Below are positions 8,788 through 14,512 of a DNA stretch of 14,512 bases, one piece after another. The stretch lies in NCBI GenBank assembly GCA_016930515.1, contig JAFGGO010000028.1:1-14512 (forward strand), written 5' to 3'. Source of the stretch: Promethearchaeota archaeon (GTDB taxonomy: Archaea; Asgardarchaeota; Lokiarchaeia; Sigyniarchaeales; SOKP01). The position numbers and the translations under genes were made by a program. Within the stretch, counting starts at the first letter, position 1. Every line of letters begins with the position of its first letter. Below the pieces are notes generated by a model that was not told the origin of the DNA, made no database searches, and saw only the letters and a program-made list of their open reading frames with translations.

Positions 8788-9414
8788 CTAATCTATCATT
8801 TTTGAACATAGTTGAATTAACGCGGGAAGAATGTAAATAAAGCCAAGCGTGTTTCCCACGATGTGAATGATCGTAAATATAATACCCGACATGAAATAAA
8901 GTAAAAAAGATTCGGTAGTCGTAAACACGAACAAATATCCAACTAATGAAGCAAAAATTTGATATATTAATGTTAAGCTAAAGCCCATACAACCGAAGAC
9001 TGCAACAATTTTCCATTTGAACATGTCGTGTTTTTGAACAAAATAAGGCTTTTTTGTTAGATAGTACTTAGCAAATCCACCCATCAAACCAACTAACGAA
9101 TAATGGATCATTTGATAGGTCAAGAGAGGAATACTTGACATTCCCATTGGATTAAATCCACAAAATAGGAACGAACTCAACGCTCCAATAATTAATCCTT
9201 CTTTTTTACCGATAACAAATCCCGATAAAAAAATGACAAGCGTGAATAATTCTATATTAGGTATTGTTGCCAAGAGATATCCAAAAACGACTGCTAAAGA
9301 GGTGAATATTGCCGTGAGCGCAATTCTAAACGAAATACTGTTGAGTCTAGAAGAATGAAATTCCTTTAATTGATCTTCTTCTTCTTCAACTTTTAATGTA
9401 TCTGTTTGTTCCAT
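8788..9414 (-). CDS. ECF transporter S component, CbrT-like (putative cobalamin/cobinamide specificity)
   Basis: About 6 TM helices, an AxxxS/A motif in helix 1 (TAIFTSLA), IPNIE loop, Q...Y and HIVGN motifs resembling CbrT. Neighbours are DUF4430 and cob genes. Confidence 0.8.
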   Translation of the reverse strand: MEQTDTLKVEEEEDQLKEFHSSRLNSISFRIALTAIFTSLAVVFGYLLATIPNIELFTLVIFLSGFVIGKKEGLIIGALSSFLFCGFNPMGMSSIPLLTYQMIHYSLVGLMGGFAKYYLTKKPYFVQKHDMFKWKIVAVFGCMGFSLTLIYQIFASLVGYLFVFTTTESFLLYFMSGIIFTIIHIVGNTLGFIYILPALIQLCSKMID

Positions 9415-9458
9415 TTTTCTTCGTTTGAATGAATAATTGTATTAATGTAATAATTTAT

Positions 9459-9491
9459 CCTATAAAAGGTTATAGGTTAATCTGTCCTACG
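9459..9491 (-). promoter_or_regulatory. Promoter/operator copy 1: TATA (TTTTATA on -) plus DtxR/IdeR-like palindrome ATAGGTTAATCTGTCCTAC (9472-9490)
   Basis: About 45 nt upstream of the ECF S start; 28/33 identical to 9788-9820; 13/19 match to the consensus TTAGGTTAGSCTAACCTAA. Confidence 0.65.
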
Positions 9492-9556
9492 ACTGTCACG
9501 CTTTAAGAGCTTGAATCGTTTAAACATTAATTATGGCGATTTTTAGTCGAGAAATA

Positions 9557-9676
9557 TTAAAAAGAGCATGAATAAACGAGAGGGCTTGCTGGAGGGTCCA
9601 TTGGAAGGATCAAGGTAGTAAGTAACGAGACTTAACCTCCAGCAAGCGTTCTCTCCCTTTATTAAGGGCTTTTTAA
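9557..9676. ncRNA. Long interrupted stem-loop, candidate structured ncRNA or regulatory leader
   Basis: Nested complementary arms: TTAAAAAG/CTTTTTAA, AATAAA/TTTATT, GAGAG/CTCTC and a perfect 12-bp GCTTGCTGGAGG/CCTCCAGCAAGC (9584-9595/9636-9647) around a 40-nt loop. No ORF. Confidence 0.5.
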
Positions 9677-9787
9677 CAATAGGAAAACATTAAGCGTGAT
9701 GTGAACAATCTAAAGAATGATCATAACGGTTTCTTTCTTGAATCAATGCAATTTGTTTTTTTCTATTTAATGAGTAAAAACAATATT

Positions 9788-9820
9788 CCTATATAAACTT
9801 ATAGGTTAAACTATCCTACG
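9788..9820 (-). promoter_or_regulatory. Promoter/operator copy 2: TATA (TTTATATA on -) plus DtxR/IdeR-like palindrome ATAGGTTAAACTATCCTAC (9801-9819)
   Basis: Direct repeat of 9459-9491 at 329 bp spacing; 14/19 match to the DtxR consensus. Confidence 0.62.
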
Positions 9821-10159
9821 GAAATATTCTTAAATTCAAAAAAATTCCTTTTTTTTCATAAATAACAAACCTTACTTGTTCGACAAAATTGGAGTCAAAC
9901 GTTTTAATGTCCATTTTCCTCTTTGTTACATATTCGTGAAAAAATTTCCGCTTTTTTTGTCCGAATTTAGAGCGAAATGATATGGAAAAATCCCAAAATT
10001 CGTCATAAAACTTGCTTGATTAAATTAATTTAATGACCTGGCTCGTTTTATCTTTTTTTTTCCGGTGAGTGTTGTTTGTCGATTATGTTTTTTTTAAAAA
10101 AAACAAGTCCATAAATCGAAAGCCAATGGTTTTTTACACATGCGAGATTATATCCATTT

Positions 10160-11032
10160 ATGGTAGACGCAAGTATAATTGCCAAGGAAATACAAGAAAA
10201 ATACCACATCATCGGTCGAACCGAAGAGCTCAAGAAAATCGTGCTGGCTCATTCAGTGGGAAAAAACATCCTGATCGAGGGAGAAGTAGGAGTTGGAAAA
10301 ACCACGCTCGCCAAGGCCATATCGTCGTATTTCGACGCCGAGTTTTATCGCATAGATTGTAGTGAAGAAAGTCTCGCTCACAATCTCATCGGGTATTTTG
10401 ACCCGCCCTTAGTCATTGCGAAAGGTTACGTGGAAGATTCTTACGTGTATGGTCCGCTTCCGTCTGCCATGCTCAAGGGAGGTTGCTTGTTCATTAACGA
10501 GATTAACCGAATGCCCGAAAGCACTCAAAATTCTTTACTCACCGCGTTAGACGAGAAAACGCTCGAAATCCCTAAACTCAAGGCGATCAAGGCCAAGCAG
10601 GGATTTTTTGTGATTGCGACCCAAAACCCTGGAGCACATATTGGAGTTACTGTATTGGGAGAAGCTCTAAAGGATAGATTCGTGTGGATCAAGCTCGATT
10701 ATCAACCAGCTCCTGAAGAGATAGAAATCATCAAGCAAGACAATACCTTTAGCGAGGACGCAGCTCATTCCATTGCTGAAATTTCACAACGCATCGTGCA
10801 ACGAACGCGTAATAGCACAACCTTGCGGAGAGGAAGTTCCATACGTGGGGCGATCGATCTTGCTGCACTAATGAACCATAATGGAGAAGCAAAAAGTTCC
10901 AAAGCATGGGTTGACGCTGCCGTCATGGCACTGCACAACAAGATCGAACTTGAAGACGGAGTGAATAAGACAAAATCAGAAGTGATTAGCGACATCGTTC
11001 ATTCCGTGCTTAATAAAGCAGATTTTCAGTAA
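10160..11032 (+). CDS. MoxR-family AAA+ ATPase
   Basis: Walker A GEVGVGKT, Walker B variant LFINEINR, QNSLL.ALDE, VIATQNP, sensor/Arg finger EALKDRF, lid GSSIRGAID. Confidence 0.93.
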   Translation: MVDASIIAKEIQEKYHIIGRTEELKKIVLAHSVGKNILIEGEVGVGKTTLAKAISSYFDAEFYRIDCSEESLAHNLIGYFDPPLVIAKGYVEDSYVYGPLPSAMLKGGCLFINEINRMPESTQNSLLTALDEKTLEIPKLKAIKAKQGFFVIATQNPGAHIGVTVLGEALKDRFVWIKLDYQPAPEEIEIIKQDNTFSEDAAHSIAEISQRIVQRTRNSTTLRRGSSIRGAIDLAALMNHNGEAKSSKAWVDAAVMALHNKIELEDGVNKTKSEVISDIVHSVLNKADFQ

Positions 11033-11069
11033 TCGATGACTTCTCTTCGGAAGAAATCGAAGAGATCGA
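11020..11069 (+). other. Candidate -1 programmed ribosomal frameshift signal (A_GAT_TTT, 6-nt spacer, bulged stem-loop)
   Basis: The vWA frame (-1) is open from 11017 and overlaps the MoxR end. Stem TCGAT/ATCGA (11033-37/11065-69) plus CTCTTCG/CGAAGAG (11043-49/11058-64). Confidence 0.5.
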
Positions 11070-11085
11070 GAACAGACGGCTGCAC

Positions 11086-12144
11086 GTGAGGCTTACTGAG
11101 CGCCCACCTGATAAGGAAATCCTTCGATATGAGATAGTCAGAAAGAAGAAAAAGAAACCTGATTATTATCGACACTTGGCAAATACCATGGACTATAAGG
11201 AAATCAAGGAACTCACCTATATGGCAATTCAAGCCAAGAACTTGGAAGCCATCATGGGCATGCTCAAGTCCAATGTGTACGCCGCAACGGACGCTCTGGA
11301 TTGCGACGAGGGCGTCAAGTTCTTTTCCGAAAAAGCAGAAGAATCGAGCGCGTTTGTCCCTGAAGTCTATTTTTTCGTGCGCCGTCCCATATCTGAAAAA
11401 TACAAATACGTGTTTCGAAGGCTGGCCAGACAAAGCATCATCAAGATGTCGCTCAAGATCACGAGCAAGGGCATCCAGGGTCACTACAAGAAGACCGTAC
11501 CTACTTACCAAATTGGCATGCCCGAGTTTGATTTGGACGAGACCATCCAACACAACCCGCTCAAGATACTTGATAGGACCTTGAGTTATCGGGATGTGTA
11601 CGGCATCAAGCGCCAAAGGCAAAAACGAAGGATTGTCATGATCCTCGATACGAGTGGCTCTATGTACGGCAGGCTCTTGTTAAACGCCGCTCTCACGACA
11701 TCAGTACTAGCGTATAACATGGAAAAGGAGAATTATGGCATCGTGCTATTCAACTCCACGGCGATGTTATTAAAAAAAATCGACGAGAGAAAGTCAATTA
11801 AGGACATCATTGACGAAATATTGGATTCAGAGGCAGTTGGTTTCACGAATATCTATATTGGCCTTGAGAAAGGCTTGAAAGAGCTTCACAAGATCAAGGA
11901 CAGTTCAAAAAAACAATTTGGCATCCTAATATCTGACGGAAACTACAACAGGGGAGAAAATCCCTTGAAGCTGGCAAGCCAATTTCCAAAATTACATGTC
12001 ATTGGCATTCCCGCCGATAATGACGCCGATCGTGGCCAACAGACTTGTCGTGAGATCGCACGAGCGGGTAAGGGAAAATTTTATGCCGTCGAGGATTATA
12101 AGGAAATTCCTCGTGCTTTAATAAACCTGCTATCCCAAAATTAA
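11086..12144 (+). CDS. von Willebrand factor A domain protein (CoxE/ChlD-like partner of the MoxR ATPase)
   Basis: MIDAS DTSGSM...GFTNI...ISDG; pre-vWA segment EFDLDETI. The start is uncertain because the frame is open from 11017. Confidence 0.92.
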   Translation: MRLTERPPDKEILRYEIVRKKKKKPDYYRHLANTMDYKEIKELTYMAIQAKNLEAIMGMLKSNVYAATDALDCDEGVKFFSEKAEESSAFVPEVYFFVRRPISEKYKYVFRRLARQSIIKMSLKITSKGIQGHYKKTVPTYQIGMPEFDLDETIQHNPLKILDRTLSYRDVYGIKRQRQKRRIVMILDTSGSMYGRLLLNAALTTSVLAYNMEKENYGIVLFNSTAMLLKKIDERKSIKDIIDEILDSEAVGFTNIYIGLEKGLKELHKIKDSSKKQFGILISDGNYNRGENPLKLASQFPKLHVIGIPADNDADRGQQTCREIARAGKGKFYAVEDYKEIPRALINLLSQN

Positions 12145-12491
12145 TGAATTTTTAACAATTCAATTATAATATATTTTATACTCATTTTTTGATAAAAATA
12201 GAAATTTGGAAGTAGAACAATTTATATTCCTTAACCATATTATTACTTTATTTAATAACAGGTTCTTTGTTATGGCATTTTTAAAAAAAAATACAAAAAA
12301 AATCGCAAAATCGGGTAATTTTATAGAAGAATGATCAATTATAAAATTACTCCTTTTTTTCTTATCTTATTATTTATATCGTATTGATTTTTGTAGTTAA
12401 TAATTAATTTAAAAACCAATACTCACCTACTCTTTTTAACGATTTGTTGTCAAGGTTATATGTAGAATGTAGACAATTAGGTGTTAAATGC

Positions 12492-13823
12492 GTGGTCCGA
12501 CCCCCGACTGAAAAGAACATTTGCCTTCGTTGTAAGGGTGCTCGACAGCTCTGTGGCAAGTCCTCTTGCCCCATCTTGTTCAAGCAATCAGTTCTTAAAT
12601 CGATGCTTCCGTTCAAGTTTGGAAAGGTCGAACGAAATGTCGAGTTGTTTGGGGCAAGCCCTCCTGGATTTTTCGTAGGACGGTTTGGATACCCTAATGT
12701 GAACATTGGTCCATTAGTTCCTCTTTCGGAACTTGGTTCAAAGCTAGATATCACCGATTTTCACATCTTGGACGCTCCCGAGATATGGTTTGGTAAGCCA
12801 ATGGTTGACATTGTTCAATACCGTAGTAGTCTTGTCCGTAGCAATTTTAGTATTAATGTACGCATTGATAAGGAAAAAAGCAAGAACACGCTTCCGATTA
12901 AGACATCCAAGTTACTCGACGCATCTAGGGAGCTATCGATGGCAGCACGACCCGTTGATACCGAAACGAAGCTGGAAAAAATGCGCATGGGTCTCACGAT
13001 GGATAATCACGCCCTGCCCGTAGGACCTACGGGTAAAACCGAACAGATACGAATCGACGAAAATGTGAAAGTACACCCCAAAGTAGACTATTGCGTTTCG
13101 GACGGCGATTTGAAAGCGAGCGAGGCGATTTCGGAACACCTCTATTTCAAGGGCCATGTGCCACAATCTACCATCGAGCGAGTTTTTTCAGCGGGACTTC
13201 TCGGAGAGGAAAAGAACCGGAAGATCGTTCCAACGAGATGGACCATAACAGCCATTGACGATATTGTTTCAAAGCGCTTGATTCAAGAGATCAAGAAGTT
13301 CCCCGAGATTAACGATTATCGAATGTTCGAAAGCACCTACCTTGATAACCATTTCAAGATTCTTCTCTTTCCCGGCAAGTTCGCCTTCGACATGAACGAG
13401 GTATGGGCGCCAAACTCGCTATGGAATGTCTCGCTCTCCGGAAATAATAAAGCCCTCACGCCTCAAATTATGAACGACTACGAGTTTTACAGCGGGAGAA
13501 AAAAATACGCAAGTAACATAACGGGTGCTTACTACGCTGCAAGAAAATCGGTTTGCGAGTATTTATATGACATTAGAAAACAAGCAAGAGTGCTCATTTT
13601 TCGAGAAGTGTCAGGAGGGTATATCGTACCGTTAGGTGTATGGGTCATTCGCGAAACCGTAAAAAACGCTCTTGAAAAAGCACCACCACGAGTACTAGAC
13701 AATTTTGAAAACTCCCTCAAAGAAATGGGCAATGGCTTAATGGTGGACCTCAAATCGTGGCAAAAAAAGAGCACGCTTATAAACTTTATAAAAAATCAGA
13801 GAACTTTAGACGATTTTACATGA
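12492..13823 (+). CDS. nreA: Nre-family archaeal DNA repair protein (PCNA interacting)
   Basis: N-terminal CLRCKG..LCG...CP, SPP..FVGR.GYP.V..GPL, VPTRW.ITA.D, GAYYAAR, GY.VPLGVW.IRE, C-terminal PIP motif QRTLDDF. GTG 12492, with AGGTG upstream, is preferred over TTG 12444. Confidence 0.93.
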   Translation: MVRPPTEKNICLRCKGARQLCGKSSCPILFKQSVLKSMLPFKFGKVERNVELFGASPPGFFVGRFGYPNVNIGPLVPLSELGSKLDITDFHILDAPEIWFGKPMVDIVQYRSSLVRSNFSINVRIDKEKSKNTLPIKTSKLLDASRELSMAARPVDTETKLEKMRMGLTMDNHALPVGPTGKTEQIRIDENVKVHPKVDYCVSDGDLKASEAISEHLYFKGHVPQSTIERVFSAGLLGEEKNRKIVPTRWTITAIDDIVSKRLIQEIKKFPEINDYRMFESTYLDNHFKILLFPGKFAFDMNEVWAPNSLWNVSLSGNNKALTPQIMNDYEFYSGRKKYASNITGAYYAARKSVCEYLYDIRKQARVLIFREVSGGYIVPLGVWVIRETVKNALEKAPPRVLDNFENSLKEMGNGLMVDLKSWQKKSTLINFIKNQRTLDDFT

Positions 13824-13930
13824 TCTTTAGTGTTTTAGCTTGATAAAACTTCAAATTGTATGAAGAATAAAGATTTCGGGAAAACTATTAATTTAAATAA
13901 TTAAATTAGAAAATTAAGGAAAAAATAGAA

Positions 13931-14080
13931 TTATTCGGCATCTTTAAAACCGTAGCTGAATTTCCAGGGGTGATGCGCGTAATCCATTAAGACTCTCATC
14001 ATGTCTTTGTCCCCTTCTTTAGTTTCCCATAGGTCCCATGGAATCACTTTCACGTGTTCAACTAATCCAACTTTGCTCAT
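13931..14080 (-). CDS. Unknown 49-aa small protein, copy 1 (MSKVGLVEHVKVIPWDLWETKEGDKDMMRVLMDYAHHPWKFSYGFKDAE)
   Basis: Missing from the ORF track (too short). SD-like GGAAGTGA precedes the ATG; differences from copy 2 are nearly all synonymous. Confidence 0.85.
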   Translation of the reverse strand: MSKVGLVEHVKVIPWDLWETKEGDKDMMRVLMDYAHHPWKFSYGFKDAE

Positions 14081-14148
14081 TTTTTTCACTTCCTTTGTTT
14101 TTTATTTTACTTTTTGTTTTAGGTCCAACTTTGTAATAATATCAAGAG

Positions 14149-14173
14149 TACTTAAAAGATCGCTATAAATATT
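14149..14173 (-). promoter_or_regulatory. Putative promoter of small-protein copy 1
   Basis: AATATTTATAGCGATCTTTTAAGTA, identical over 25 nt to 14396-14420; contains TATA-like TTTATA and TTTTAAG. Confidence 0.55.
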
Positions 14174-14189
14174 ATAAGGAAAAAAAAAA

Positions 14190-14339
14190 TTATTCAGCAT
14201 CTTTAAAACCGTAGCTGTACTTCCAGGGGTGATGGGCGTAATCCATTAAGACTCTCATCATGTCTTTGTCCCCTTCTTTAGTTTCCCATAGGTCCCACGG
14301 AATCACTTTCACGTGTTCAACCAATCCAACTTTGCTCAT
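14190..14339 (-). CDS. Unknown 49-aa small protein, copy 2 (Y instead of F at position 41)
   Basis: Same SD and ATG as copy 1. The upstream ATG at 14378 is not conserved in copy 1. Followed by a T10 tract on -. Confidence 0.85.
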   Translation of the reverse strand: MSKVGLVEHVKVIPWDLWETKEGDKDMMRVLMDYAHHPWKYSYGFKDAE

Positions 14340-14395
14340 TTTTTTCACTTCCTTTGTTTTTTGTTTTATTTCTAACATTATAATAATATAAAGAC

Positions 14396-14420
14396 TACTT
14401 AAAAGATCGCTATAAATATT
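14396..14420 (-). promoter_or_regulatory. Putative promoter of small-protein copy 2
   Basis: 25-nt exact match to 14149-14173. Confidence 0.55.
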
Positions 14421-14512
14421 TTAAGGGTGTTTAAACTTGTTTGAAAGAATTAAGCGAAAGCGTTTAAATTGCACATTTAAGGGGATAATGATTAAATATT
14501 GAATGAATTATT

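Larger units (their letters stand above)
13930..14426. repeat. Tandem duplication of a ~240-250 bp promoter+gene unit (13930-14179 and 14189-14426)
   Basis: CDSs are 144/150 identical and offset by 259 bp; leaders align with one 12-nt indel. Confidence 0.95.

Noticed and set aside
9584-9700. Hairpin as SRP RNA, RNase P, rRNA fragment, SECIS, yybP-ykoY riboswitch or pistol/hammerhead ribozyme
   Set aside because: Only short partial resemblances (GGTCC..GGAAGG, GGTTAAGTC, CGAGAC, TAAGCG); the required conserved cores and pseudoknot partners are absent.
9415-9790. Cobalamin riboswitch upstream of the ECF S gene
   Set aside because: No GGGAA/GCCACTG/B12-box signature is visible on the minus strand.
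9459-9820. The 33-bp direct repeats as a CRISPR array
   Set aside because: Only two copies, about 296 nt apart, five mismatches, and no cas genes.
10020-10033. Perfect palindrome TTAAATTAATTTAA upstream of moxR
   Set aside because: Pure A/T in a very AT-rich spacer, single copy, not significant.
11026-11622. 198-aa - strand ORF and other short overlapping ORFs (e.g. 10069-10362, 11273-11584, 12404-12754)
   Set aside because: They overlap well-supported genes in alternative frames and have no independent coding evidence.
14340-14378. 13-aa N-terminal extension of small-protein copy 2
   Set aside because: The ATG is not conserved in copy 1, and the region contains the SD for the ATG at 14339.

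Overview
AT-rich archaeal window. CbiZ, CobY, Nre with a PIP box and a C-terminal sorting-signal protein indicate an archaeon; Asgard/Lokiarchaeia is plausible but is my inference. Left half: a cobamide salvage and nucleotide-loop operon on + (cobD, Cys-rich small domain, cbiP/cobQ, cbiB, cbiZ, cobS, cobY). Converging on - is a probable corrinoid-uptake cluster (CbrT-like ECF S component, tandem-domain surface glycoprotein, DUF4430 protein) followed by a frameshifted second copy of the Cys-rich gene. A ~745 bp ORF-free spacer holds two 33-bp direct repeats (TATA plus a DtxR/IdeR-like palindrome) flanking a long stem-loop with a GC-rich core, a candidate ncRNA. Right half: a MoxR-type AAA+ ATPase and a vWA gene whose junction looks like a programmed -1 ribosomal frameshift cassette, then nre, then two tandem copies of an unknown 49-aa protein, each with its own promoter. 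Best novelty candidates: the AAA-vWA frameshift, the boxed putative ncRNA, the duplicated small protein and the corrinoid-capture surface module. No searches or folding programs were run.
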